DNA of 64,000 nt from Candidatus Bathyarchaeia archaeon (GCA_050012255.1 JBEKHN010000010.1:1-64000); one strand, 5' to 3'. Positions 38,940-49,209 are shown, counted from the stretch's first letter. Numbers and translations: made by a program. Notes: a model not told the origin generated them from the letters alone.

Positions 38940-40589
38940 ATGAAGAATAACCTAGCTAAAATGCTCTCTGCACTAATGATCGTAACAGCCCTATTCGGAT
39001 TCGCAGCAGTACTTCCAACGCTCGCAAGTATACCACAACCCGCAGCCTACGTCATCGTAGACCCAGCCTTGAACTTTTTCACAACACCATCCACGATCGT
39101 CGGCAGCACGTTCAACGTAAACGTTAGCCTCGTAAACATCACAGGCGTCGCAGGTGTCCAGTTCCAGCTCACGTGGAACCCGACCCTTCTGAACGTCACA
39201 ACCATGACAGAAGTCCTGTTTCACACAAAAACACCAAGCGCACACTGGGGCAACATCTGGAATCTGAAGTTCGCCTACAACAACACTGCCGGCAAGGCAG
39301 ACTACGCGCAGGCGTGGTCGGACTCCGGCACAGCACAAGCCGATGGCTACGCGCCGTTAAACGTAACAACGGCCACTGACCCGCCTGAGGGAAAACTGGC
39401 TGCTGCCACGTTTACATTCCAGGTTTTGAAGGTTCCGACGATGGCGCCACACAATCTGACCTGCGCCTTCCACTTAACCATCGTCAAGATACTTGACCTG
39501 GCAGTCAATCCTATAATAGATCCTTCTAAGAGCACGGGCAACCCACCTGTGGACGGAACCTACGTAATCACATGGACTCCACCGGCAATACTTCCGTACT
39601 ACTCAGTGTCGTCCCACACCGCATTATCGTTGGGTGAAGTCTTCAACATAAGCGTCAGAGTCAACAGCCTAGACCCCGGCTGGGAAGCCGTAGGCTTCGG
39701 ATTCAAGCTGGGTTACAACAGCACGCTGCTGCAGGTGTTGAACGTTTGGGAAGGTTCGTGGCTCCCTCCGTACGGAGCTCTGCCAAACAATGGCACATCA
39801 TTCGTGAAATCCTATGGTTCAGACTACGTGGAAGTTCAGGATGCTGTGCTCCCAGATGCTAACGGCACGTGGCACCCACCTTATCCGAGCGCACCTAACC
39901 CAAACTCTTTCCCCCTTGCGATAATCGAGTTCAACTCAACAATGCAAAGCATGTTCCCAATCATATACGAGTGCCCGCTACACCTATACGACACAAACGT
40001 TACTGACTGGCTTGCCGAACCTGTAACTCCGACTATTGCAGTTGATGGCCTATACCAGATTCTTCCGGCGATCCCCCTCGTCTCCGGGCATGATGTAGCG
40101 GTAACCAGTGTCGAATGTTCTAAGACTGTTATCGGTGAAGGTTACAGCGAGATAGTGAATGTGACGGTCGCAGACGTAGGCAACTACACAGAAACCTTCA
40201 ACGTCACGGCCTACGCCAACACGACCGCAATGGGAAAGGAGGAGGCAACTCTAACGAGCGGAAGTTCTATGAGCCTCATGTTCGCGTGGGACACTACAGG
40301 ATATTCATACGGCAACTACACCATCAGCGCTGTGGCAGACACCGTTCCAAACGAAACGAACACAGCTAACAACAACATGACTGATGGTTCAGTAGTCGTA
40401 ACCATCCCAGGCGACATAAACGGTGACGGCACTGTTGACATCTATGACGCCATACTGCTAGCTGGCGCCTTCAACTCCAGTCCAGGCAGTAAAAGGTGGA
40501 ACCCCAACGCGGACATAAACGGTGACGGCATCGTCGACATCTATGACGCCATAATACAGTCAGGCCACTTCAACCAACACTACCCATAG
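38940..40589 (+). CDS. Secreted protein with two cohesin-like domains, a CARDB-like domain and a C-terminal dockerin
   Basis: Signal peptide; FNVNVSL...QFQLTWNPTLL and FNISVRV...FKLGYNSTLL; HDVAVT...GNYTISA; duplicated DINGDG.VDIYDAI. Confidence 0.88.
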   Translation: MKNNLAKMLSALMIVTALFGFAAVLPTLASIPQPAAYVIVDPALNFFTTPSTIVGSTFNVNVSLVNITGVAGVQFQLTWNPTLLNVTTMTEVLFHTKTPSAHWGNIWNLKFAYNNTAGKADYAQAWSDSGTAQADGYAPLNVTTATDPPEGKLAAATFTFQVLKVPTMAPHNLTCAFHLTIVKILDLAVNPIIDPSKSTGNPPVDGTYVITWTPPAILPYYSVSSHTALSLGEVFNISVRVNSLDPGWEAVGFGFKLGYNSTLLQVLNVWEGSWLPPYGALPNNGTSFVKSYGSDYVEVQDAVLPDANGTWHPPYPSAPNPNSFPLAIIEFNSTMQSMFPIIYECPLHLYDTNVTDWLAEPVTPTIAVDGLYQILPAIPLVSGHDVAVTSVECSKTVIGEGYSEIVNVTVADVGNYTETFNVTAYANTTAMGKEEATLTSGSSMSLMFAWDTTGYSYGNYTISAVADTVPNETNTANNNMTDGSVVVTIPGDINGDGTVDIYDAILLAGAFNSSPGSKRWNPNADINGDGIVDIYDAIIQSGHFNQHYP

Positions 40590-41263
40590 CGCGCCCTGGG
40601 TTCCTCACCCAACCTTTAAGAGACTTTGCTTTTCAACCTTAAATTGAGACGGTTTTGCCACAAAAGGCGCACATTGGGTTCAGATTTGCAGGGTGCAAGG
40701 CGATCACACTTTCTCCCCCCCAAGTTTTCATGGCCATCGGTCTCTGAGTTGTGCCCCAAGCCGTCGTGCATAACTTTGAAGTTATGCAGGGTCGGTACCC
40801 GCTATCCTAAGGTGCAGGCTCCTCAAAGGAGTTAAACCCCTCAAGGTATTCGCCTCCACGACTTCCAACACTTTCCGACGCTTTCCAACACTCACCACCA
40901 ACACTTTATTTGTAATGGAATGTCCTTGATCCGTTATAGCACGGTAGAGTGGGTTGTTCCCTGAGAACACGGTGCTTTCTGGGCCTTGTAGCCTTGTAAG
41001 AGCCCTCGATTACTTTAAACTCACTTTGAATTCTCTTGAGGAAAAAGTTGAAAAATAGCACGGCAAATTGTACAGAAGAAATATGCCCTTTTAGAGAAAT
41101 TGGCAGGGCATCACTAACCCACAGCAACCAGAGAATCAAGAATCATATTCATGTCTTATTCTTGCAAGCATCGAGCACACGTGGGTTCTCAGAGGTTCAC
41201 ACAAGATTTAATACGTTTTCCATGAATTGTATAGAGAGCTAAGGTAATCGGGCGGATTCAAGC

Positions 41264-42394
41264 TTGACTGATGAAGAAAAAAACGAAATGGTCGTTACTC
41301 CTTGGGAAGTGAGGGGCAAGGTTGACTATGAACGGTTGATCCGAGAGTTTGGAACCGAACCCTTAACCGAAGAGCTTCGGCGAAGACTTGCCAAGTACAC
41401 GGGCGGCGTTCATTTTCAGCTGCGCAGGGAACTGTTCTTTTCTCATAGGGACCTAGACGTTGTTCTTGACTTGTACGACGAAGGGGTCAAATTCGTGCTG
41501 TACACGGGCAGAGGCCCTTCGGGCCCTGTTCACATTGGACATCTTGTCCCTTGGATTTTCACGAAGCATCTGCAAGACGCGTTTAACACGAGGCTCTACT
41601 TCCAGATGACCGACGATGAGAAGTTCGTGGTAGACGACGATCGCATCCTGTCTGAAACCACGAGGTTGGGTTATGAGAACGCTTTGGACCTCGTTGCGCT
41701 GGGCTTTGAACCGAAGAACACTTTCATCATCTACGATGTTGATGACATCGATCTGCTCTACGACATTGCGTTGGAAGTTGCCAAGCGCATAACATATTCC
41801 ACGGCAAGAGCGACCTTTGGTTTTCAGGACAGCACAAACCTCGGCTGGGTGTTCTGGCCAGCTGTCCAAGCGGTGCCATGTTTCATACACAAGAAACTAA
41901 CTGGTGAAAACGTTCCCGCTCTTATACCCGCAGCGATAGACCAAGATCCCTTCTGGAGGATCACGCGAGACATCGCCCAGAAGCTTGGGTACTACAAGCC
42001 AGCTCAAATCCACAACCGCTTCTTGCCAGGATTAGGCGTTGGTGGAAAAATGAACGCTTCAGAACCTGAGACAGCGATTTTCACTACAGACCCGCCTGAA
42101 CTGGTTGAGCAGAAGATCTGGAAGGCGTTTACTGGCGGGAAAGGAACAGTCGCTGAACAAAGAAAAGAGGGCGCCGACCCTGATGTCTGCACAGTCTTTC
42201 AATATTTCCTCTATCTATTCGAGGAGGATGACCAGAAACTTGCAGAAAGGAAGAGACGCTGCAAGGCTGGCGAGGTTTTGTGCGGCGAGTGCAAGAAAGA
42301 ACTCGCTGAAAGAGTCAACAAGTTTCTTGCTGGGCATCAGAAGAAGCGTGAAAAAGCAAGAGATGTGATCGAGAAATTCCACATAAAAAGGTAA
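41264..42394 (+). CDS. trpS: Tryptophan-tRNA ligase
   Basis: VVTPWEV, YTGRGPSG.VHIGH, TDDEK, AIDQDPF, KMNAS, CGECK. Confidence 0.97.
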   Translation: MTDEEKNEMVVTPWEVRGKVDYERLIREFGTEPLTEELRRRLAKYTGGVHFQLRRELFFSHRDLDVVLDLYDEGVKFVLYTGRGPSGPVHIGHLVPWIFTKHLQDAFNTRLYFQMTDDEKFVVDDDRILSETTRLGYENALDLVALGFEPKNTFIIYDVDDIDLLYDIALEVAKRITYSTARATFGFQDSTNLGWVFWPAVQAVPCFIHKKLTGENVPALIPAAIDQDPFWRITRDIAQKLGYYKPAQIHNRFLPGLGVGGKMNASEPETAIFTTDPPELVEQKIWKAFTGGKGTVAEQRKEGADPDVCTVFQYFLYLFEEDDQKLAERKRRCKAGEVLCGECKKELAERVNKFLAGHQKKREKARDVIEKFHIKR

Positions 42395-42420
42395 AGTGCA
42401 AGATCACATGTCTGGAAAAA

Positions 42421-43335
42421 GTGACTTTGATGAGCGAATCTGAAAAGGAAGCTCTTGAAAAGCTTCGCCAGTCAGGGAAGATTCTGCGCGAGACACGAGA
42501 AGAAATGAAAAATTATGTACGTGAGGGCATGCCGATCATCGACATCTGCGAGAAAGCGGAGGGCCTGATAAGGCAGAAGGGAGCAAAACCAGCGTTTCCA
42601 TGTAACGTCTCCGTGAATGAGGTTGCTGCACATTACACGTCTCCACCGAATGACAAAAGAAGAATCCCCGAGAACTCCTTAGTCAAGGTGGACATCGGCG
42701 CCCACATCGACGGCTACCTTACTGACACCGCAGTTACGGTTTGTTTTGACCCCGAACACGAAAGCCTAGTAGAAACGGCAGAACGTGCCTTGAAGACTGC
42801 CGTCGAAAACATTCAGCCAGGAATGTCCACGGGAAAGCTTGGGACAATGATAGAAGGTGTAATCAAGTCTCGCGGTTTCAAACCCATCTCTAACTTGACG
42901 GGTCATCAGGTCGGCAGGTACGTCGTGCACACTGGCACGTCGCTGCCAAACGTTTCACAGCTTTTTTCAACAAAAATCAAGTTAGGCGGCGTTTATGCTA
43001 TCGAACCTTTCGTAACTGTTCCAAACGCTGCGGGCAGGGTTGAAAACGGTGACGAAGCCACGATTTTCCGTTTTCTCAGGTCGAGGTCTACGAAAAACCC
43101 ACACGCGAGAGAACTTCAAAAATACATTGAGGACAACTTTAGAACTTTACCCTTTGCGGAACGCTGGCTGCAGAATGTCGTGCCCCAACAACATTACAGA
43201 GGAGCCTTCGATGAACTGCTGGCATCGAAGACCTTGATGAAGTATCCAATTTTCGTCGAGGCGAGCGGAAAAACAGTTGCCCAAGCAGAGCACACTGTTT
43301 TGACCGTTGCGGACGGCTGTTCCGTGTTAACCTAG
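42421..43335 (+). CDS. map: Type II methionine aminopeptidase
   Basis: AFPCN, AAHYT, KVDIGAHIDG..TDTA, NLTGH, AIEPF, AQAEHT. Confidence 0.96.
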   Translation: MTLMSESEKEALEKLRQSGKILRETREEMKNYVREGMPIIDICEKAEGLIRQKGAKPAFPCNVSVNEVAAHYTSPPNDKRRIPENSLVKVDIGAHIDGYLTDTAVTVCFDPEHESLVETAERALKTAVENIQPGMSTGKLGTMIEGVIKSRGFKPISNLTGHQVGRYVVHTGTSLPNVSQLFSTKIKLGGVYAIEPFVTVPNAAGRVENGDEATIFRFLRSRSTKNPHARELQKYIEDNFRTLPFAERWLQNVVPQQHYRGAFDELLASKTLMKYPIFVEASGKTVAQAEHTVLTVADGCSVLT

Positions 43336-43745
43336 AAAGATATTTTTTCTTTCTCTTTCTCCTTGACTTCCCTGTAGATCGCTGTTATCAGCATCTTTTC
43401 ATTGCATTTTTGGCACGGTTCGCCTTCTTTGAAAATGTAGTCTCCTCGCTGGAACTCTCTGACGTTCTTGAAGCCACATTTCTTGCATTCTATGGTGGTC
43501 GTCACGGGGGCAGGCACCATCTTTAGCTTTGAAAGTCGTCTCCGCGTCTGGAACAAAACGTACGTGGACAACGCTACTCCCACGAATCCCATTATCAGGA
43601 AGATCGATGCAGTTTCATAATCTTGATCAAGAATGCTGAGCGCGTATATGAGGGCTACGAACGAGAGTGCGAGGGCTAAGAACACGGCTATTATCACGGA
43701 GGACGATATTCGGGGTGTTGGGCCTGATGCTTGGGTTTCAGTCAT
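43332..43745 (-). CDS. 2-TM protein with a C-terminal zinc ribbon
   Basis: CKKC...REFQRGDYIFK...CQKC. Confidence 0.8.
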   Translation of the reverse strand: MTETQASGPTPRISSSVIIAVFLALALSFVALIYALSILDQDYETASIFLIMGFVGVALSTYVLFQTRRRLSKLKMVPAPVTTTIECKKCGFKNVREFQRGDYIFKEGEPCQKCNEKMLITAIYREVKEKEKEKISF

Positions 43746-43757
43746 TTCGTTTGTCTC

Positions 43758-44924
43758 CTACTGTCCGATTCCGATGCTGTTCCCCACGCCGGCGATTACT
43801 ATTTTGTCTCCTTCCTTCGTCCTCTCTAACACGACCGCTTTTATCCTTTCTATGACGCCGTCGATCGAGTCGAAAACTTCTTTGCGCAGGGGTGAAACAG
43901 CGTCTCCTATGTCTTCCTTTATTACGATGGCGTTTACGGGAATGTGATATTTCAGAATCGCATCCTCGATCTTGTACTGGTCAACTCCTGGGCCTCCGAT
44001 AGCCGCACCAACACCTTCAGCCAACTCGCCCAATCCCTCTCCTTCAAGCTTCAGAGCAGCATCGATCATGACGACCATGGCAATCTTCCCCTCGTTTTCG
44101 TCGATGACTGCTTTTACCGCGTCTCCCGGTTTGCCCACGTTTCCTCCTGGCCCTTCAGCCTTTATGACGAAGGCTGTTCGTCCTTCGAAGGGAACGGATG
44201 CGACAACGCAGTCCTTGGCTATTTTCCTCGTCTCAAGTCCATGCATGAGCTTTGCCGCGACCAGTGCGCCAGCACCGTCACCTATTGGCTGGCCGTACGC
44301 GAAGGCTTTTAACGCGCTTGCGTAGGCCTCTGCCTCTTTCATAATCATCGGCAGGATCATCTGTATCTGCATTATGACGTACAGGCTGAGTGTTTTCTTG
44401 CCCAGCAGGTAGAAGTGCCTTATCACTTTGTAAATGAAATTGAGGGCCATCGCTGCCTCAAGGGTGTTCTCCAGGTTGTTTGCCTGGGTTTCGTCTGCAG
44501 ACGGAGCCATGAACTTGACCTCATCCTTAAAGCGCGTGTCCCTTACATCCAGTATGTGCTCAAGCTTCCAAACTATGCCCGCAGGGTCAAGAGACTGAGG
44601 AGATATCGTGAAATATTCCAGGAACCTGTCAACCCTTACCGTTGGATCCGTCTGCGGCTTTCCAATCTCTTTTATCGTTTCTATAGTTATCTTGCGTCCC
44701 TCTTCCTTTATGTACTTCAGTTTGTAGAGTGACCCCTCTACTTCCCTGATCATCACGTACGTCTGAAGTCTCTGCCCATAGAAAATGAAGACAATGAAAA
44801 CGACATAGAAGAGCACGTTCAGAATCCAAGTTACACTGGTATCGCCAAACTGTGCTTGGATGATCCGGCTGTGTAAGCCTAGTATTGCCGCCGTTATGCT
44901 CACGAACTCACCTTCGCAACACAC
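43758..44924 (-). CDS. DUF1512-family archaeal protein
   Basis: LDPAGIV, PIGDGAG, AEGPGGNVG, DAALKLEGE, GVGNSIGIGQ. Confidence 0.85.
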   Translation of the reverse strand: MCCEGEFVSITAAILGLHSRIIQAQFGDTSVTWILNVLFYVVFIVFIFYGQRLQTYVMIREVEGSLYKLKYIKEEGRKITIETIKEIGKPQTDPTVRVDRFLEYFTISPQSLDPAGIVWKLEHILDVRDTRFKDEVKFMAPSADETQANNLENTLEAAMALNFIYKVIRHFYLLGKKTLSLYVIMQIQMILPMIMKEAEAYASALKAFAYGQPIGDGAGALVAAKLMHGLETRKIAKDCVVASVPFEGRTAFVIKAEGPGGNVGKPGDAVKAVIDENEGKIAMVVMIDAALKLEGEGLGELAEGVGAAIGGPGVDQYKIEDAILKYHIPVNAIVIKEDIGDAVSPLRKEVFDSIDGVIERIKAVVLERTKEGDKIVIAGVGNSIGIGQ

Positions 44925-44985
44925 TATAGATGCTCAGTTATAAGTTTTGGGTAATTCTCCTCCAAATTCACGGACTATTTTGAAG

Positions 44986-45113
44986 TGGGGTTACCAGCTT
45001 TTCCGGGTTCACATGGCCGAAGACCAAATTACAGCCGGAAACGGAGCGTGGTTTAACTTCTGAGTTCGGTATGGGATCAGGTGGGACCCGCGCCCTATGA
45101 CCGGCAAACCCCA
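44986..45113 (-). rRNA. rrf: 5S rRNA (stand-alone)
   Basis: Reverse complement has GGTCATAG...CACCTGATCCCATACCGAACTCAGAAGTTAA and pairing termini GGGGTTTGCCGG/CTGGTAACCCC. Confidence 0.95.
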
Positions 45114-45255
45114 AACTAGACGACAGACCTGTGCTCATAAGCTTATCGCTCTAGGCTGATGTGTCCTCTCGAATCTCTGGCATGTGCACAGATTCTGTTT
45201 CTGACGCAATAATGCATATATTTAAAATCTGGCAAGTCGTTCTCAGTGTAGCCGT

Positions 45256-45427
45256 GGGGTCGTAGTCTAGGCAGGTATGACGACGGGCTCCAGAAAGTAG
45301 CTAACGGGTTTGCGGACCTCAAAAGGGATGAAGAGGTTCTGGAGCTGTTAGAGAAACCCGTAGGAGCAGCGCCGAAAGCACTGTTTCCGGGGAAAGGTCG
45401 TCGGTTCAAATCCGGCCGGCCCCACCA
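45256..45427 (+). tRNA. tRNA-Trp(CCA) with two introns (45294-45355 at 37/38; about 45362-45394 in the variable region) and encoded CCA end
   Basis: Acceptor GGGGTCG/CGGCCCC, anticodon stem ACGGG/CCCGT with CT-CCA-G, T arm GTCGG-TTCAAAT-CCGGC, TATA-like TATATTTAAA upstream. Confidence 0.92.
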
Positions 45428-45528
45428 AGACATTATTTTGCCAAAACAGACCATCTTGATGAATTTCCATGAAATTGCGCCTCAATTTACGCATTTGCAG
45501 TCTGTGCAGACAATTTGGAACGGTTTCA

Positions 45529-46674
45529 TTAGAGATCCATAGCGTCAACATAAACCATTCTCTGAGTGCTCAGAGCTTTATCTTTAAGGCTCTTTGCATA
45601 GATGTGATATGTAGTCCTTACCGGTCTGTATCTTGCGATCAAAGGAATCGCAGGGTTTAAAGGATCAAGAGGAAACACAAGGAAATTGCATCCACAACTA
45701 TAAGATAAACTGAGGCAATGCTTTATTAGTTCCCTGATAGGGTCCGCTTTTCCTGTGAAGGCAAAGTCTGTAACATACATTAACCTGAAGAATTCTCCAA
45801 CTGAAGGCAACTTCATAGTTCTTGTGAATAGGTTGGCAAACCTTAGGATGTATGTTAGCATCTTCAGCCTTGCTGTGACGCGAAGAACGCTTGCTCTGAG
45901 TATTCTAGAATAATCCCATAGTCCAGCGCAAGCAACGATTCGATTCTCAACTTCGACGACCTGTGTGCTCTGAAACCCATAATCTGTCAGTTGTCTTGTC
46001 CTGTTGAGAAAGCTGTCTATGTTAAGTGGTACAAAGAAGTCATGGTTGCGGTAGTGATCATTTATCAAGTCCACAACGCTTAGCGTATCATCTGCATCCA
46101 TTTTCCTAACCTTGCTAGCAGTCTGCTCTTGTCTCTTGTAGAGCGACACATTCAACAGCATGCAGTCATGAATATTCTGGAATCCCATTCGCTTAAACAG
46201 AGCAATAGAAGGATAGTTCTCTTCCATTATGTGTCCGTATGCAAGGTCCGCTTCATTTTCCTCAGCCATGACATGCTGAATGAGTCTTGAACCTATGCCT
46301 CTTGCACGAAAAGTTGGATGAACTCGCAAGTCATAAATGTAAACGCCTTTTGCAACCTCTTTGCCCATGTTGAATTCTTTAAGAGCAGCCCCTACCGTCC
46401 CTACAATTTCACCTTCCTCTTCTGCAACATAGACCCTATAGCTATCATAAACCCGTGACCTAAGGAAGAAATCGGGACTTCGGTCGAATTGCAGGACTAA
46501 ACTTGTGCCTTGCGGGCACATCTTTTCGAGATCCAGAAGTTCCGCATTGTCAGCATCGTCCGCTATTCTGATAGAAACCAAAGCGCATCCAACCGCAGCA
46601 CTGATACCAGATATCCAATTCGTAAAATTTAAACGTAAGTCTAAACCTATACGGCCCCACCACTCAATTTTCAT
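45529..46674 (-). CDS. GNAT-family acetyltransferase
   Basis: YDLRVHPTFRARGIGSRL, NYPSIALF.RMGF. Confidence 0.85.
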   Translation of the reverse strand: MKIEWWGRIGLDLRLNFTNWISGISAAVGCALVSIRIADDADNAELLDLEKMCPQGTSLVLQFDRSPDFFLRSRVYDSYRVYVAEEEGEIVGTVGAALKEFNMGKEVAKGVYIYDLRVHPTFRARGIGSRLIQHVMAEENEADLAYGHIMEENYPSIALFKRMGFQNIHDCMLLNVSLYKRQEQTASKVRKMDADDTLSVVDLINDHYRNHDFFVPLNIDSFLNRTRQLTDYGFQSTQVVEVENRIVACAGLWDYSRILRASVLRVTARLKMLTYILRFANLFTRTMKLPSVGEFFRLMYVTDFAFTGKADPIRELIKHCLSLSYSCGCNFLVFPLDPLNPAIPLIARYRPVRTTYHIYAKSLKDKALSTQRMVYVDAMDL

Positions 46675-46740
46675 CGTAGCGGCAAGTTTCTGGCTCGTCT
46701 TGAGAAAATAGCTTGTCTAGGAGATATTGACTTTTTGCTC

Positions 46741-49209
46741 TCATTCCTTTTTCGGATTCGGTTTGAACAGCAGGAGCTTCGCAATTTCCCGCCAAACGAT
46801 GGTGAGAAGAGCGAAGGCGAAGATCAAGCCAAGCTGACCGGCCGAGACTGTTGAAAGCTTGAGTTGGACACTTACGGAGGGAACGGCGACTGCTACGAGC
46901 AGGAAGGACACGGCGAGAAGTGCCCACAGGTCCATCACCTTGTTTGACAGGGGGCCTAGAATGTAGAGCGGTTCGTTTTCTGAACGTGTGACGAAGGCGA
47001 GGATTATGTGTCCCATCATCCAGGCCGAGAAGGCGAAAGTCTGTATTTCAAGGGGTGGAAGATTCTGCCAACGTGCGTAGAAGTATGCGAGCATCACAGC
47101 TGAGAAAAGGCTTGCCGCGGAGACTGCTAGGTCCTTTATCATTCTTGAATCAGGGAACTTTGCTCTGGGGTCTCTTGGTTTTCGGCTGTAAATCGTTTTT
47201 TCAGCGGGTTCCGTGACAAATCCGGCAGAGGCAGCGAGGTCCATGAAAAGTTCGAGGACGATTATCTGTATTGGGGCAAACGGTAAAGGTATGCCCAGAG
47301 CAAGGGGCAAAAGGAAGATGGAGATCAGTGCAGCTTTGATTGCTAGATAATACTTGAGTCCTTTTCTCAGGTTGTCAAAGAACGTGCGGCCTTCAAAGAC
47401 CGCGTGCCCGATGCTTACAAAATTATCGTCAGTCAAAATGACATCTGCTGCTTCTTTAGCCGCGTCGGTGCCTTTCACGCCCATCGCAATGCCGACGTCT
47501 GCTCCCTTGAGGGCCAATGTGTCGTTGACACCGTCGCCGGTGACTGCGACAACTTCGTTGTTTGCGTGCAGCGCCTTCACGAGTCGATACTTGTCCTCGG
47601 GCGTGGTTCTTGCGAAAACGGATGTTTCCTTCACGACTTTCTGCAGATCCGCGTCGGAAAGCCTTTGAAGGTCTTCGCCAGTGAGCACGTTTTTTGAGGG
47701 GATGCTGACGCTAGTTGCGATGTACGCGGCTGTTTGCGGATAGTCACCAGTGACCATGATCGTCCTGATCCCCGCTCGGCTGATTGCCTCTATGGTTTCC
47801 TTGACACCTTGACGCGGGGGGTCTTCAATCGAGATCAACCCGACGAAGTCCCAGTTTCCCTCCAACTCTGAGAAGGGCAGGTCTGCTTCTTCAGTGGAGA
47901 CGGCTTTTTCTGCAACGCCGATTACTCTTCTTCCTTTCGCTGCTTCCTCTTTCAGTTCTTCGTCAAGAAGTCCATCACTGCCTTCAGAGTCAAGAATTTC
48001 CTCCGGTGCTCCAATCGTTGAAAGCATGAGACCACCGTTTCTCGCGCGGAGGACAGCTTTGGTTCGTTTGTTGATTTCAAAACCGCGTTCGCGACTAACG
48101 CTTCCGAAACTCTGTGCGATTCCGAGTTCGTCTGCTTTCTCAAGGACAGCCTTGTCAGTGGGGGACAGTGACATTTCGGTCAATGCCGCGGTTGCCGCAC
48201 CAAGCGTTCTGGCTTCTTGTTTTCGCGGATAGACCTGAGCAACTCGCATCTTGTTCTCAGTGATCGTGCCTGTTTTATCAGTGAGGATAACGGTTGCGTC
48301 CCCCAGAGTCTCGGCAGCTTTGAGTTTCTTGACTAGAAAACCTTTTTGTGAGAGTCTGTAGGAGCCCAATCCCAATATCATGGTGATTATGATTGGCAGT
48401 TCCTCTGGGATGGCTGCAAAGGCAAGTGCCAGTCCGGTCAAGATTAAATCCTTGTCCTTAGCTAGGTCTTGGTACCCAAAGCGGACGACGCCGAGAACAG
48501 GGATGATTACACTGAAGAATATGGCAACGTACGCAAGCGTCTTCGAAAGCGACTTCATTGCCAATTGTAATGGTGTTTTCGGAGGCTTAATCGCCTGCGC
48601 CAAGGCCGAAATCTTGCCGAATCTACTGTTCTTGCCAGTAGCGTATGCTTCTCCTTTTCCTTCGCCAGAAAGTACCAGTGTTCCAGCATAAACTTCGTCC
48701 CCAACCCCCTTCTCGCTGGGAAAAGACTCACCCGTCAAAACGGACTCATCGACTTGAACGTCATATGCCACGTTAAGCTTACAGTCAGCTGCAATTCGAG
48801 TGCCATCGGTGAAGACCAAAAGGTCGCCAGGGACCACTTTCTCAGTTTCAACTTCAACTATCCTGCCATCTCGCACAACCCTCGTTTTCGGAGCTGCAAG
48901 CTCAGAGAGTGCAGATATGGCCTTCTTGGCTCGATACTCGTTCCAGATTTCGACGAAAACCAACACGAAGATGATGCTGAAGATCGTCAGGGCGTCTTGA
49001 AGATTCGGCCACGTGAACGTCGTGTAGAGCACACCCACGACAAGTAGCAGCAGAATCATGGGTTCAACTACTTCTTCTTTAGCAATACCGAGGAAACTTA
49101 TCCTCAGGGGTCTAACAAACTGGTTCGGCCCGACCTGTTCGAGCCTTCTTTGAGCTTCCGCCTCAGAAAGTCCCCTTGACTCTCCACTCGAGCCTTCCAT
49201 GCCCCGCAT
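46741..49209 (-). CDS. P-type cation-transporting ATPase
   Basis: LTGES, DKTGT, DPPR, TGD, TGDGVND. Confidence 0.95.
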   Translation of the reverse strand: MRGMEGSSGESRGLSEAEAQRRLEQVGPNQFVRPLRISFLGIAKEEVVEPMILLLLVVGVLYTTFTWPNLQDALTIFSIIFVLVFVEIWNEYRAKKAISALSELAAPKTRVVRDGRIVEVETEKVVPGDLLVFTDGTRIAADCKLNVAYDVQVDESVLTGESFPSEKGVGDEVYAGTLVLSGEGKGEAYATGKNSRFGKISALAQAIKPPKTPLQLAMKSLSKTLAYVAIFFSVIIPVLGVVRFGYQDLAKDKDLILTGLALAFAAIPEELPIIITMILGLGSYRLSQKGFLVKKLKAAETLGDATVILTDKTGTITENKMRVAQVYPRKQEARTLGAATAALTEMSLSPTDKAVLEKADELGIAQSFGSVSRERGFEINKRTKAVLRARNGGLMLSTIGAPEEILDSEGSDGLLDEELKEEAAKGRRVIGVAEKAVSTEEADLPFSELEGNWDFVGLISIEDPPRQGVKETIEAISRAGIRTIMVTGDYPQTAAYIATSVSIPSKNVLTGEDLQRLSDADLQKVVKETSVFARTTPEDKYRLVKALHANNEVVAVTGDGVNDTLALKGADVGIAMGVKGTDAAKEAADVILTDDNFVSIGHAVFEGRTFFDNLRKGLKYYLAIKAALISIFLLPLALGIPLPFAPIQIIVLELFMDLAASAGFVTEPAEKTIYSRKPRDPRAKFPDSRMIKDLAVSAASLFSAVMLAYFYARWQNLPPLEIQTFAFSAWMMGHIILAFVTRSENEPLYILGPLSNKVMDLWALLAVSFLLVAVAVPSVSVQLKLSTVSAGQLGLIFAFALLTIVWREIAKLLLFKPNPKKE

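Noticed and set aside
40412-40553. DNA direct repeat GACATAAACGGTGACGGCA...GACATCTATGACGCCATA
   Set aside because: Explained by the duplicated dockerin calcium-binding segments.
40600-41250. Short ORFs between the dockerin gene and trpS
   Set aside because: Possibly gene debris, but no recognisable family; too weak to call.
42040-42065. TrpRS KMNAS instead of KMSxS
   Set aside because: A single conservative change in an otherwise intact enzyme.
33523-45427. Clustering of tyrS, pheST, trpS and tRNA-Trp as a new aromatic regulon
   Set aside because: It looks like ordinary conserved archaeal gene order, and no shared leader structure was seen.
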